Assembly: GCA_963515915.1 (NCBI GenBank)
Contig: CAUPZQ010000007.1
Coordinates: 180-64,179, forward strand
From: an uncultured Campylobacter sp.
GTDB taxonomy: Bacteria > Campylobacterota > Campylobacteria > Campylobacterales > Campylobacteraceae
DNA length: 64,000 nucleotides
Reading direction: 5' to 3'
Both the position numbers and the translations under genes were made by a program. Under the pieces are notes generated by a model, which did no database searches, was not told the origin of the DNA, and was given only the letters and a program-made list of their open reading frames with translations. Positions 19,264-29,538 of this stretch are shown piece after piece (positions within the stretch are counted from its first letter, which is position 1; each line of letters starts with the position of its first letter).

Positions 19264-20229
19264 ATGCTAATTGATAAATTTGGACGAACGATCGATTATT
19301 TGCGCATTTCGGTTACACAGCGGTGTAATTTTAGATGCAGATATTGCATGCCAAGTACGCCGTTTAATTGGGTGCCGCGAGAGAATATTTTAAGCTTTGA
19401 GGAGATGTTTTTATTCGTCAAAGTTGCGATCGACGGTGGCGTGAAAAAGATCCGCATAACCGGCGGCGAACCGCTGGTGCGAAAGGGGATCGAAGATTTT
19501 ATAAAGATGATCGCGGATTATGCTCCGGACATCGATCTTGCGCTTACTACCAACGGATATTATCTCAAAAACTACGCGCGCGCCTTGAAAAACGCGGGGT
19601 TAAAACGCATCAATATGTCGCTTGACTCGCTGCGTCCGGAGCGGGCTAAATTTTTAGCTCAGCGCGGCGTGCTTTATAACGTCTTAGAAGGCCTTGACGC
19701 CGCGCTTGAAGCGGGACTAAAAGTCAAGCTAAACACTGTCGCGCTAAAAGGGATCAACGACGACGAGCTGATCTATTTGCTGGAATTTGCCCGCGAGAAG
19801 GATTGTCAGATCCGCTTCATAGAATTTATGGAAAACACCCATGCCGGCGATCTTGTAGGCTTAAAATCAAACGAAATTTTAGATATTTTAAGGCGCAAAT
19901 TTATCTTTACCGCTCTGCCGAAATCTCAGAGCTCGCCCGCGTCGCTTTACGCGCTTGGGGACGGCTACACCTTCGGTATCATCGATCCGCACAAGCACGA
20001 TTTTTGCGAGAGTTGCAACCGTATCAGACTAAGCGCCGAGGGGCTTTTGATCCCGTGCCTTTACTTTGAAGACGCGCTAAGTATCAAAAAGGCGGTCAAA
20101 GAGGGCGACATCGCCGCAGCCGCCGAAATTTTGGCTAAAATTTTAGCGAATAAGCCCGAAAAAAATCGCTGGCAAGCGGACGCTTCGAATGAAATTTCAA
20201 GCCGCGCATTTTACGAGACGGGCGGATGA
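19264..20229 (+). CDS. moaA: GTP 3',8-cyclase (molybdenum cofactor biosynthesis protein A)
   Basis: Radical-SAM [10 protein letters not shown] motif, a GGEPLVRK block, and the C-terminal [13 protein letters not shown] second-cluster motif. Confidence 0.92.
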   Translation: MLIDKFGRTIDYLRISVTQRCNFRCRYCMPSTPFNWVPRENILSFEEMFLFVKVAIDGGVKKIRITGGEPLVRKGIEDFIKMIADYAPDIDLALTTNGYYLKNYARALKNAGLKRINMSLDSLRPERAKFLAQRGVLYNVLEGLDAALEAGLKVKLNTVALKGINDDELIYLLEFAREKDCQIRFIEFMENTHAGDLVGLKSNEILDILRRKFIFTALPKSQSSPASLYALGDGYTFGIIDPHKHDFCESCNRIRLSAEGLLIPCLYFEDALSIKKAVKEGDIAAAAEILAKILANKPEKNRWQADASNEISSRAFYETGG

Positions 20230-21191
20230 GGCTTGTTGAGAGCTTTTTAAGTATCCAAGGCGAGGGCAAATATGCAGGCAGGCTCGCGTTTTTCTTTCGC
20301 TTTGCGGGCTGCAATCTGCGCTGCGAGGGCTTCGGCGGCGAGCGCATTTCGCCAAAGACCGGCGAGATCTTGCGCGGCTGCGATACGATCCGCGCGGTGT
20401 TTGCAAACCACTTCGAACATGAAGAAATTTTAAATTTAGCCCAGCTTTTGAATAAAATTCCAAATTTATTAGGTTTGTCCTGTTCTGAGCCCGTGTGCTC
20501 TGCGCTAGGTTTTTGCGCCGCCGAGTCTTTTTCTGAAAGCGATACCTTAAATTCTACCGCCGCGCAAACGCTTCTCCGCCTAGGCAAGAGCGCAGAAAAT
20601 TCTTTAAATTTAACGAGCGAAAATTCTTTAAATTTCGCGGCGCAGAATTCTTCAAATTTAAATCCGCAAAGCTCCGCCTCGCCGCAGAGCGCTAAGCTTT
20701 ATCAAAAGCCGATCGTCGTTATCACCGGCGGCGAGCCGATGTTGCATCACAAAGAGGCGCTATTTTACGAGTTCGTCTGCGAGCTGCTTGCGCGCGGACA
20801 CGCGGTGCACTTCGAAACCAACGGCACGATTTTAGTGGATTTTGAAAAATTTCCCGCCTACAAAAACTGCGTCTTTGCGGTCTCGCCTAAACTCTCAAAC
20901 TCCGCCGAGCCGCGCGAACGCAGGTTGAGCTTCGCCGCGCTGCGAAGCTTAAAACAAAACGCAAAAGATAGCTTTTATAAGTTTGTCATCTCGCCCGAGT
21001 TTGACGCGCAGCCCGAGATCGCTGAAATTTTAGCGGCGTGCGAGAGCGAGGTTTATTGCATGCCGTGCGGCGCAGATCGTCGCGAGCTGGAAAGCGGCGC
21101 GCAATTTTGCGTGGATTTTTGCCTAAAAAACGGCTATAATTACTCCGATCGCCTGCACATTAGAATTTGGGGCGAGAAGGACGGGGTATGA
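20226..21191 (+). CDS. queE: 7-carboxy-7-deazaguanine synthase (radical SAM) with a ~95-aa internal insert
   Basis: [34 protein letters not shown] and FETNGT are QueE motifs. ATGA overlap with the moaA stop. The insert lies at ~20420-20705. Confidence 0.85.
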   Translation: MRLVESFLSIQGEGKYAGRLAFFFRFAGCNLRCEGFGGERISPKTGEILRGCDTIRAVFANHFEHEEILNLAQLLNKIPNLLGLSCSEPVCSALGFCAAESFSESDTLNSTAAQTLLRLGKSAENSLNLTSENSLNFAAQNSSNLNPQSSASPQSAKLYQKPIVVITGGEPMLHHKEALFYEFVCELLARGHAVHFETNGTILVDFEKFPAYKNCVFAVSPKLSNSAEPRERRLSFAALRSLKQNAKDSFYKFVISPEFDAQPEIAEILAACESEVYCMPCGADRRELESGAQFCVDFCLKNGYNYSDRLHIRIWGEKDGV

Positions 21192-21769
21192 TAATCAGGA
21201 AATTATACGAATTCGAAAACGCTCACATCGTGCGCCTGTGCGGCTCGAAGCGATGTCGCACGAGCATCCACGGCCACTCCTATAGATGCGAAATTTTGCT
21301 TAGCTCAAATTTTTTGGATGAAGCGGGTATGGTTTACGACTTTGGTTATATGAAGCTCGGTATTCGCGAGCTTATCGATAGTTTCGACCACGCTACGACG
21401 ATCTACGCGCGCGATGATGCCAGCTACATCGCGGATCTTAAAAAACACAGCGCGCGCTGGGTACAGATACCGCTAAATCCGAGCGCGGAGCAGTTTTGTA
21501 GAATTTTTTTCGTTCTAATCGACCGACTTTTGAGCCTGACTCAGATGCAAAACGGTGAGCGCGAAGTAAAGCTTCACAGCGTCATCGTGCACGAAACGGC
21601 CACCGGCTACGCGCAGTGCTTCCGCGAGGACGCCTACAACGCGCAGATGGGCGAGATCGCGCTGGATGAGATAGAATTCTCGCCCGCCGTGCGCGAGGAG
21701 TGGAGGCAACCTGAGCTTTGGCAAAAGCTGCTACGCGGCGAAAAAATCATCTATCCAAAGGACTGCTGA
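21188..21769 (+). CDS. queD: 6-carboxy-5,6,7,8-tetrahydropterin synthase
   Basis: ATGA overlap with the queE stop. FENAHIV and HGHSYRCEI (Zn-binding His) are typical of the PTPS/QueD family. Confidence 0.85.
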   Translation: MIIRKLYEFENAHIVRLCGSKRCRTSIHGHSYRCEILLSSNFLDEAGMVYDFGYMKLGIRELIDSFDHATTIYARDDASYIADLKKHSARWVQIPLNPSAEQFCRIFFVLIDRLLSLTQMQNGEREVKLHSVIVHETATGYAQCFREDAYNAQMGEIALDEIEFSPAVREEWRQPELWQKLLRGEKIIYPKDC

Positions 21770-21990
21770 TGAGAAATTTCTTTAAATTTGGCGCGGGTTT
21801 TGTGCGCGTTTTTGCCGCGTGGGCGATCTTTGTCTGCGCGCTTGCTTTGGGCGGTTGCGACGATGAGAAAAAGGACGCCCTGCAAAAGCCGCCGGTGGAT
21901 AGCGAGGTGCCAAAGGACGTACCTATCGCGCCTAGCGAGCCCAAAGTCGATATAAACGCCGATATGCCGCCGCTTCCGGTGACGGAATAA
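21769..21990 (+). CDS. Small lipoprotein, unknown function
   Basis: The ATG at 21769 overlaps the queD stop. Signal peptide with an ALALGGC lipobox; 73 aa. Confidence 0.6.
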   Translation: MRNFFKFGAGFVRVFAAWAIFVCALALGGCDDEKKDALQKPPVDSEVPKDVPIAPSEPKVDINADMPPLPVTE

Positions 21991-22367
21991 GGTGGAGCGT
22001 TGAAAAATCTGCGCCTAAATTTGAAAATTTTTAAAATTTGCGTTATTCGTATGCGGCGCGTAAGCGCGATTTTAGCGTCTTTTTTGCCCGTGCGATCTGC
22101 GCAAAGAAATTTTAAATTTCATAAAGCTCTATCCGCAAAATTTCATTCTTGGCGCGAGAGATACGGCGCAAAACCGGAGTTGAGAGAGCGCGCGGTAAAT
22201 TTTGGCGCAATAAATATCCGCGACCGCTTTGAAAGGTTTTTAAAATTTCAAAGGCGCGGAGCAGGTCTGTCTTATCTCGCGCCGAAAAAATTTGCGTTGA
22301 AATTCGGTCGTTTCGGCTCTAGCCGCGCAAAATTTTATCCTGCAAATTTAACCCTCCGGCGGAAGTA

Positions 22368-22850
22368 ATGGATTATCTGTATCAAAGTGCCCTGAGCTTT
22401 CATAAGTTTTTCGCGCTAGCTGCGGCGATTTTAACGATAATTTATCTGATCTTTACCCAGCTTAAGATCGATGCGGCGGCGGAATTTTGCCCTCGCAGCG
22501 AGGCTTTAAATTCCGCCGCCTCCGCGCCGCAAGCTGGGAATTTAAAGCAAAAGAGCAGATCTGGGCTTAGATTTCTTAGGCGCATCAGGCTGTTTTTGCC
22601 GATATATTATGCGATTCTCGCGGCGCTGATAATTAGCGGAAGCGTGATGCTGCCGGTGCTGCGCTTTGATCTGAGCTTTAAAATTTACTTTATGGCGGTC
22701 GGATCGCTAGCGATGATCGCGCTTAGCGCGGCGTCTTACAAGCGGCTAAAAATCGCGTATCTGAGCCAAAACTTTACGCCGTATCAGCGCAAAATGCGGG
22801 TGATTTTGGGGCTAAGCTTAGCGATAATTTTGATAGCGAGTGTTATTTGA
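22368..22850 (+). CDS. Membrane protein, unknown function
   Basis: 160 aa with 4 hydrophobic segments. Its stop overlaps the rsmE start. Confidence 0.6.
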   Translation: MDYLYQSALSFHKFFALAAAILTIIYLIFTQLKIDAAAEFCPRSEALNSAASAPQAGNLKQKSRSGLRFLRRIRLFLPIYYAILAALIISGSVMLPVLRFDLSFKIYFMAVGSLAMIALSAASYKRLKIAYLSQNFTPYQRKMRVILGLSLAIILIASVI

Positions 22851-23506
22851 TGGTATATTTTTACGATAAGCTTGCAGGCGAACAGAGCCTGATTTTGCAG
22901 AATGATCAGTTTTTGCACCTAAAGGCTAGGCGAGCAAGGGCGGGCGAGCGCATAGACGTGCGCAATCTAAAGGACGGGGCGAGTTATCTATATGAGATCG
23001 CCGAAATTTCGCGCAAGGGTGCGGCTCTGAATTTGGTTTTTAAAAGCTCCGTTTTTACGCCGAGCCACGATTTTTGCGTCGCTTGGGCGGTCGTCGAGAG
23101 CGCCGTGATCGAAAAGAGCCTGCCTGCGCTAAACGAGATGGGCGTCGGGCGGCTTGTTTTGGTCTATGCCGATCTGTCGCAGAAAAACGTGCGGCTCGAT
23201 TTGCAAAGGATGGATCGGATTTTGATTAACTCGTCTCAACAATGCGGGCGAAATTCCATCATGCAGATCGAGGTTTTGAGCGGCTCGGACGAGCTTGCGC
23301 AAAGATATGAAAACGTAAGCCTGATCGATTTTGGCGGCAAGAACATCGACATTTTCGGCGGCGAGGAGATTGCGTTCATCGGCCCCGAAGGCGGGTTTTC
23401 GCCGCGCGAAAGGGAGAAATTTAAAAACGCCTATGCGCTTAATAGCCCCTATATTTTGCGCTCAAATACCGCGCTAATCGCAACTTGCGCGAAGCTGATG
23501 TTTTAA
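22850..23506 (+). CDS. rsmE: 16S rRNA (uracil1498-N3)-methyltransferase
   Basis: The C-terminal GPEGGFSPRE motif and RSNTA block are typical of the RsmE/SPOUT family. Confidence 0.82.
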   Translation: MVYFYDKLAGEQSLILQNDQFLHLKARRARAGERIDVRNLKDGASYLYEIAEISRKGAALNLVFKSSVFTPSHDFCVAWAVVESAVIEKSLPALNEMGVGRLVLVYADLSQKNVRLDLQRMDRILINSSQQCGRNSIMQIEVLSGSDELAQRYENVSLIDFGGKNIDIFGGEEIAFIGPEGGFSPREREKFKNAYALNSPYILRSNTALIATCAKLMF

Positions 23507-23792
23507 ACGCTCGGCAAATTTTAAAATTTAAAAGCCGCGCGCTTTAAATTTTGGAATTTAAAATTTGCCCTGCGCGATCCGCTATGTTTATCTGCGGCTT
23601 GACGCACTGCGCGTATTTGCCGCGGCGCATCTTCGCGCGCTGTATTTTGCACGCCGCAGTGAAATAAAATTTTACTCGCAAGTAGGCTAAATTTTAAAAT
23701 TTTCGCGTCCAAAAAGCATGCCTGAAAGAAAATCAGCGCTTTGCCGAGAGTTTTTTTAAAACCCTTTAAATTTGCTTTTTAGATAAAAAAGT

Positions 23793-23800
23793 TGTATAAT
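23793..23800 (+). promoter_or_regulatory. Candidate extended -10 (TGTATAAT) for rpmE
   Basis: TGTATAAT lies 35 nt upstream of the rpmE ATG, with an A/T-rich tract upstream. Confidence 0.4.
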
Positions 23801-23834
23801 CGCAACCTTTTAAAATCATCAAAAAGGATCAAAA

Positions 23835-24035
23835 ATGAAAAAAGATATCCATCCGAACTTTGTCGAAACGACCGTTACCTGCGCTTGCGGCAACACTTTT
23901 AAAACACGCTCGAACAAGCCTGAGATCCGCGTCGATATCTGCTCCAACTGCCATCCGTTTTTCACTGGCAGCGAGAAGATCGTAGATAGCGCGGGTCGCG
24001 TCGAGAAATTTAAGCAAAAATACGGAATGAAATAG
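23835..24035 (+). CDS. rpmE: 50S ribosomal protein L31
   Basis: [26 protein letters not shown]...[10 protein letters not shown] is the L31 zinc-ribbon signature. Confidence 0.95.
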   Translation: MKKDIHPNFVETTVTCACGNTFKTRSNKPEIRVDICSNCHPFFTGSEKIVDSAGRVEKFKQKYGMK

Positions 24036-24851
24036 TTGCTATATCTCATTCCTACGCCGATAGGAAATCTAAGCGATATCTCGAGCCGCGCGCTTGAGGT
24101 ATTGCAAAGCTGCGAAATCCTAATCTGCGAGGATACGAGGGTTTCAAAAAAACTTCTAAACTTATTATCCGATAAATTTCAAATTTCATTTAAAATTTCA
24201 CAATTTTACTCGCTGCACACGCACAACGAAGCGGAGTTTTTCGCAGGCTTTGATGCGGCGCTTCTGCGCGAGCAAATTTGCGCATACGTAAGCGACGCAG
24301 GCATGCCCTGCATCAGCGATCCGGGGATTGCGCTCGTAAAATTTGCGCAACGAAGTAGCATAACCTACGAGGTGCTTAGCGGTGCAAACGCTCTGCTGCT
24401 CGCAGCCGCCGCAAGCGGACTGGTGGAGAAAGAATTTAGCTTTTTAGGCTTTTTGAACAATGACGGCGCACAGCGCAAAGCCCAGATTCTAAATTTAATG
24501 CAAAGCCCCTATCCGTGCGTACTATATGAATCCCCAAAGCGTGTGGTAAAGCTAATAGAGCAGATCGCTGGGATCGATGCGCAGCGCAAAATTTTTGCGA
24601 TTAAGGAAGCCACGAAAAAATTTGAAACCAAATTTTTCGGTAGCGCCGCAGAGCTCTTGCTGAAGCTAAAAAGTGCAAATTTAAACGGCGAGTGGTGCGT
24701 CGTGATTGACGGCGCAGGCGAGAAAAGCTTTGAAAAAATCACGCAGGAAGATATTCTCTCGCTTGAGATCGCGCCGAAAATAAAAGCAAAACTACTCTCA
24801 AAAATTAGCGGCGAACCCGCCAAAGAAATATATAAAAATTTGATACGCTAA
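24036..24851 (+). CDS. rsmI: 16S rRNA (cytidine1402-2'-O)-methyltransferase
   Basis: LYLIPTPIGNLSDIS.RALEVL...CEDTR N-terminus and an SDAGMPCISDPG block. TTG start directly after the rpmE stop. Confidence 0.88.
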   Translation: MLYLIPTPIGNLSDISSRALEVLQSCEILICEDTRVSKKLLNLLSDKFQISFKISQFYSLHTHNEAEFFAGFDAALLREQICAYVSDAGMPCISDPGIALVKFAQRSSITYEVLSGANALLLAAAASGLVEKEFSFLGFLNNDGAQRKAQILNLMQSPYPCVLYESPKRVVKLIEQIAGIDAQRKIFAIKEATKKFETKFFGSAAELLLKLKSANLNGEWCVVIDGAGEKSFEKITQEDILSLEIAPKIKAKLLSKISGEPAKEIYKNLIR

Positions 24852-24886
24852 GTCATATTTTAACCGTTTTTCGCTAAAATCCCAAA

Positions 24887-25588
24887 ATGATTATTTACGG
24901 CAAGCAGCTGTTTTTGCACCTTTTAAACCGGCATCCGCAGAAATTTATCCGCATCATCCTTGCTAAGGAGTGCGAGAAAGAAATTTTTAAAAAGATCGCC
25001 GCGACCGGCGTAAAAATCGAGCGCGCCGATCCGAAAAAAGCTCAAGCCCTCGCTCGCGGAGGCAACCATCAAGGCTTCTTGGCCGAGGTGGAGGAGTTTA
25101 GCTTCGGCGATCTTGCTAGCGTCAAAGACGATAAATTCGTGCCGATCCTTTATGGGCTTACCGACGTCGGAAACATCGGCGCAATAATGCGCAGCGCCTA
25201 TGCTTTGGGTGCAGACAGCGTGATCGTCGTCGCAAATAATCTAAATATGGCGGGCGTAGTGCGCGCAAGCTCGGGCGCGGCGTATGAGCTAAACGTCGTT
25301 AAGGTCGCAGACGGGCTTAGCACGATAAACGAGCTTAAACAAAGCGGCTTTGAAATTTATGCCGCGAGTGCGGACGGGACGAACTTTAAGGAGTTAAAGC
25401 TCGGCGCGAAAAACGCACTCGTAATGGGGAACGAAGAAGAGGGGATACCTACTAGGGCGCTTAAAAAATGCGACTGCGCGGTATCTATAAAGATGCGCGA
25501 AGGCTGGGATTCGCTTAACGTAAGCGCGGCATTTGCGATACTATGCGATGGAATTTTAAATGGAAGAAATAGAAGAGAAGTTAAATAA
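24887..25588 (+). CDS. SpoU/TrmH-family RNA 2'-O-methyltransferase (RlmB-like)
   Basis: GNIGAIMRSAYALGAD, LVMGNEEEGI and SLNVSAAFAI are the three SPOUT motifs. Confidence 0.82.
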   Translation: MIIYGKQLFLHLLNRHPQKFIRIILAKECEKEIFKKIAATGVKIERADPKKAQALARGGNHQGFLAEVEEFSFGDLASVKDDKFVPILYGLTDVGNIGAIMRSAYALGADSVIVVANNLNMAGVVRASSGAAYELNVVKVADGLSTINELKQSGFEIYAASADGTNFKELKLGAKNALVMGNEEEGIPTRALKKCDCAVSIKMREGWDSLNVSAAFAILCDGILNGRNRREVK

Positions 25589-26579
25589 TACGGACGAGCA
25601 GGCGGAACAAACTGAGAAGCCGGAGCAAACACAGCAGCCAAAAAATAGCGATCTAGATAAATTAAAATCTATGGATCTGATAGAGATAGCGCGCACGACG
25701 CGCATCGACGCGCAAAATTTAGAATACATCATCAATAAAGATTTCGAGAAGCTAGCAAATTTTAACGTGAAGGGCTACATTAAAATTTTAGAGCGCGAGT
25801 TCGGGCTGGATCTATCGGACTGGCTTAGCGAGTTTGAGAGCGCCAAAGCGAGCTTTGCGCCCGTTAAAAAAGCTAAAGTCGAGCAGGTCTATGGTCAAAG
25901 AGTTAGCCCTAACAAAAGCGGCAGCGGCTGGCTTATGTGGCTGCTTGCGATGGTGTTAATTATAGGTGCGATCTTTTATTTTGGACTTTATAAAAGTTTT
26001 GGCGAATTTTTGGGCTCGCTTTTATGGGAGCAAAACAAAACCACCTATTCTGACGCTCCGATTGTAAATAATACTCAAAAAAAGCTTGAAAACATCGGTA
26101 TCGACGTCATTTCGCGCAACGCTACAGATGAAAAATTCGCACTAAAGTCAGATGCCAATGCAGCCGCTGCTGTGGATGAAAATTTAAGCTCGCTAAACGC
26201 GCTGGACCGCTCTATCAGGATCGAGCGCGCGAGTGCCAAAACGGAGGAAAATTCCACCGACGAAAACGCCACGCAAAGCGCACCTGCGCCCAGCAAAGAT
26301 ATCGTGCTTAATCCACGCGGCAAGATGTGGATCGGGATCATTGATCTAAAAAGCGGCAAGAAGCGTGAGATGGTCATCAATGCCCCTTACGTAGTCGCTT
26401 CGCAAGGGGATGAGGAGCTGCTAATCTCTACCGGTCACGGGATGTTTGAGCTCGGCAAAGCCGATGGCAACGTAACTTTCAGCGAAAGAAACACTCAAAA
26501 ATTTCACGTTAAAGATGGCAATATCACTAAAATTTCAGCCGATGAGTTTCTGCGCCTAAACAAGGGCAAAAAGTGGTAA
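25560..26579 (+). CDS. Single-pass membrane protein with an N-terminal HTH-like segment (RodZ-like; tentative)
   Basis: 339 aa: acidic N-terminus, possible HTH (IEIARTTRIDAQNLEYI), one TM (WLMWLLAMVLIIGAIFYFGLY), a low-complexity linker and a beta-rich C-terminal domain. Confidence 0.5.
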   Translation: MEEIEEKLNNTDEQAEQTEKPEQTQQPKNSDLDKLKSMDLIEIARTTRIDAQNLEYIINKDFEKLANFNVKGYIKILEREFGLDLSDWLSEFESAKASFAPVKKAKVEQVYGQRVSPNKSGSGWLMWLLAMVLIIGAIFYFGLYKSFGEFLGSLLWEQNKTTYSDAPIVNNTQKKLENIGIDVISRNATDEKFALKSDANAAAAVDENLSSLNALDRSIRIERASAKTEENSTDENATQSAPAPSKDIVLNPRGKMWIGIIDLKSGKKREMVINAPYVVASQGDEELLISTGHGMFELGKADGNVTFSERNTQKFHVKDGNITKISADEFLRLNKGKKW

Positions 26580-27063
26580 AGCTCTCGCTCGTAGGGCTTT
26601 TGCCGCCACCGAGAGTAAAATTTTGGCTTTCTGCGGCGAGTGCGACCTAAATTAAACCTAGGAGCGTAAATTTAAAGAGTTTTAAAATGCGCTGCCTTGG
26701 ATAAAATTTCAAGTGGTGTATATAAAATTTTAAGCGTTGCGGGCGCCTGAGTGTTAAATTTAAGAGGCGTCGTCCACGGCGCCGTGCAAAACGGCAGCTT
26801 TAATCGTTATCGTTTTGATCGGACGTAAATTTAAACAGCGCCGCAAAGGGTCGTGATGCTCTAAATTTAAACAATCAATGCCTCCGCGGTTTTAAAATTT
26901 TAGCGAGGTAAAAGTTTAAATTGCTCGAGCAATATAAAAAGCGCCGCCGCATCGACGCTAAGGCTTGAAATTTTAGCCTCCGTGCGGCGCGAGCAGATCG
27001 CGGCGCTTAAGGCGCGAAATTTTAAATATGGCTTGAAAATTACTTTAAAATAAGAGGTTTGAG
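26580..27063. repeat. ORF-free intergenic tract built from GC-rich words separated by TAAATTTAAA-type words
   Basis: 484 bp with no credible ORF. (T)AAATTTAA(A/G) recurs at about 26668, 26754, 26826 and 26862, and AAATTTT words at 26619, 26719, 26737, 26893, 26962 and 27018. Confidence 0.7.
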
Positions 27064-28269
27064 ATGTTTGACGAAATTCGTTTTTCAAAAATCGAGCGTT
27101 TGCCCAATTACGTTTTTGCCGAGGTCAATGCCATAAAAATGGCGGCGCGCAGAGCCGGCGAAGATATAATCGATTTTTCGATGGGCAATCCCGACGGCAG
27201 GACGCCGCAGCATATAATCGACAAGCTTTGCGAAAGCGCGCAAAAGGACAAGACGCACGGCTACTCCGTAAGCCAGGGCATTTACAAGCTACGACTTGCG
27301 TGCGCGAATTGGTACAAGCGCAAATACGGCGTGATCTTAGATCCGGAAAGCGAGATCGTCGCGGTGATGGGCTCTAAGGAGGGCTTCGTGCATCTAACTA
27401 GCGCGATCGTAAATCCGGGCGATGTCGCAGTGGTGCCCGATCCTGCGTATCCGATCCACACTCAAGCCTTCATCATCGCGGGCGGTAATGTCGTTAAAAT
27501 CCCGCTTGCCTATGATGAGAATTTAAATTTTAATGAGAATAAATTTTTCATTGATCTACAAAGAACCTTCGACGAGAGCATTCCGCGCCCGAAATACGTC
27601 GTCGTAAATTTCCCGCACAATCCCACCACCGTCGTCGTGCAAAAGAGCTTCTACGAGCGGCTCGTGGCGATGGCGCGACAGGAGCGGTTTTATATCATCA
27701 GCGACATCGCTTATGCAGAGATCGCTTTTGACGATTACAAAACGCCGTCGATCTTTGAGGTTCAGGGTGCGAAGGATGTCGCAGTCGAGGCGTACACGCT
27801 CTCTAAAAGCTACAATATGGCGGGCTGGCGCGTGGGTTTTGTTAGCGGTAATAAAAAGCTCGTCGCTGCGCTTAAAAAGATCAAGTCGTGGTTTGATTAC
27901 GGCATGTTTACGCCGATCCAAGTAGCCGCCACGATCGCGCTGGACGGGCCGCAAGAGTGCGTAGAGGAGATCCGCGCGAGCTATGAGAAGCGTAGGAATT
28001 TTTTGATTGACGCTTTTGCGGACGCGGGCTGGCAGATCGCTAAACCTAGCGCGTCGATGTTTGCGTGGGCGAAATTACCGCCAGCGGCGGCTCATCTAAG
28101 GAGCATGGAGTTTTCCAAGCAGCTTCTTACCAAGGCGCGCGTCGCCGTAAGTCCGGGCGTGGGCTTTGGCGCGGCGGGAGACGATTACGTGCGGATCGCT
28201 TTTATCGAAAACGAAAACAGGACCCGCCAGGCTGCTAGAAATATAAAAAAATATTTGAAAGAGATCTGA
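27064..28269 (+). CDS. Class I/II pyridoxal-phosphate aminotransferase (aspartate/alanine aminotransferase-like)
   Basis: 401 aa. The SKSYNMAGWRVGF block carries the PLP-Lys region. Also NFPHNPTT and an upstream GNPDG block. Confidence 0.85.
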   Translation: MFDEIRFSKIERLPNYVFAEVNAIKMAARRAGEDIIDFSMGNPDGRTPQHIIDKLCESAQKDKTHGYSVSQGIYKLRLACANWYKRKYGVILDPESEIVAVMGSKEGFVHLTSAIVNPGDVAVVPDPAYPIHTQAFIIAGGNVVKIPLAYDENLNFNENKFFIDLQRTFDESIPRPKYVVVNFPHNPTTVVVQKSFYERLVAMARQERFYIISDIAYAEIAFDDYKTPSIFEVQGAKDVAVEAYTLSKSYNMAGWRVGFVSGNKKLVAALKKIKSWFDYGMFTPIQVAATIALDGPQECVEEIRASYEKRRNFLIDAFADAGWQIAKPSASMFAWAKLPPAAAHLRSMEFSKQLLTKARVAVSPGVGFGAAGDDYVRIAFIENENRTRQAARNIKKYLKEI

Positions 28270-29537
28270 TGAAAGTAGCTATTTTAGGCGTCGGCACCGT
28301 AGGTAGCGAAGTTGCAAACATTTTGATTAAAAATAAAGATATCATCCTTGCGCGCGCGGGCGTTAGCATAGAGCCAGTAATCGGGCTCGTGCGCGATACG
28401 AGTAAAAAGCGCGATGTGCAAATTCCGCTTAGCAGCGACGCTGGGAGTATCATCGAGCGCGACGACATCGACGTTTTTGTAGAGCTTATGGGTGGGGTAG
28501 AAAAGCCCTACGAGATCGTAAGCGAAATTTTAAAGCGCAAAAAGGCGGTTGTTACCGCAAATAAGGCGCTTTTGGCTTATCATCGCTACAAGCTTCAGGC
28601 TCTAGCGGGCGATACGCCTTTTGGCTTCGAAGCGAGCGTAGCGGGCGGAATTCCGATTATCAAAACCCTGCGCGAGGGGCTAAGCGCCAATCGTATCGAA
28701 AAAATAATCGGCATCGTAAACGGCACGAGCAACTTCATCCTTACAAATATGATGCAAAAAAACGAGAAATTTGAGGACGCGCTAAAGCGAGCTCAAGAGC
28801 TCGGATATGCCGAAGCCGATCCTAGCTTTGATATCGGCGGATTTGACGCGGCGCATAAGCTTTTGATCTTAGCTAGCATCGCATACGGCGTGCACGGAGA
28901 CCCTGAAGATATCCTAATCGAGGGGATCGAGGAGATCACGCAGGAGGATATCTATTTTGCGCGCGAATTCGACTTCATAATCAAGCTGCTTGCGGTAGCC
29001 AAGCGCGCGTGCGACAATAAAGTCGAGCTGCGCGTCCATCCTGCGCTCATTTCAAAGGATCAAATGCTTTCAAAAGTAGACGGCGTGATGAACGGCGTGA
29101 GCATCTACGGAGACTGCGTCGGCGAGAGTATGTATTATGGCCCGGGCGCGGGCGGAAGCGCTACGGCAAGTGCGGTTATAAGCGATCTCATCGACATCGC
29201 GCGCGATAATAAAAATCCGATGCTCGGATATAAAATTTTGCCGAGCGAAAATTTTATGCAAATTCTGCCGAGCGAGCAGATCCGTACGAAGTATTATTTC
29301 AGGCTGCGCGTGCGCGACGAAAAGGGCGTGCTCGCTAAGCTTACGAACATTATGAGCTTAAACGATCTTTCGATCGACAGCTTTTTGCAAAAGCCGAAGC
29401 TCAAAACGGACGAGGAAGTGACGCTGTTTTTCACGACGCATACGTGCTGCGAGAAGGACATAAAGCGCGCAATAAGCGTGATCGGCGGCGAAAATTTCAT
29501 CACGCAAAAGCCTTTTATGATCAGGATCGAAAGCTAG
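28269..29537 (+). CDS. hom: Homoserine dehydrogenase
   Basis: GVGTVGSEV Rossmann motif, the catalytic region NGTSNFILTNM...GYAEADPSFDIGG.DAAHKL, and a C-terminal ACT-like domain. Confidence 0.92.
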   Translation: MKVAILGVGTVGSEVANILIKNKDIILARAGVSIEPVIGLVRDTSKKRDVQIPLSSDAGSIIERDDIDVFVELMGGVEKPYEIVSEILKRKKAVVTANKALLAYHRYKLQALAGDTPFGFEASVAGGIPIIKTLREGLSANRIEKIIGIVNGTSNFILTNMMQKNEKFEDALKRAQELGYAEADPSFDIGGFDAAHKLLILASIAYGVHGDPEDILIEGIEEITQEDIYFAREFDFIIKLLAVAKRACDNKVELRVHPALISKDQMLSKVDGVMNGVSIYGDCVGESMYYGPGAGGSATASAVISDLIDIARDNKNPMLGYKILPSENFMQILPSEQIRTKYYFRLRVRDEKGVLAKLTNIMSLNDLSIDSFLQKPKLKTDEEVTLFFTTHTCCEKDIKRAISVIGGENFITQKPFMIRIES

Positions 29538-29538
29538 C

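Noticed and set aside
20135-20587. 150-aa antisense ORF across the moaA/queE junction
   Set aside because: It overlaps two well-supported genes on the other strand and includes the queE insert region. No supporting signals.
22000-22368. 122-aa highly basic ORF with a TTG start (MKNLRLNLKIFKICVIRMRR...)
   Set aside because: The sequence is the direct translation of AAATTT-word intergenic DNA (KF, NL, NF and RR runs). It has no RBS and a non-ATG start. It is better treated as another non-coding tract, though a small basic protein cannot be strictly excluded.
23521-23712. 63-aa minus-strand ORF upstream of rpmE
   Set aside because: It lies in RAATTY-rich intergenic DNA, has no RBS, and has an arbitrary composition.
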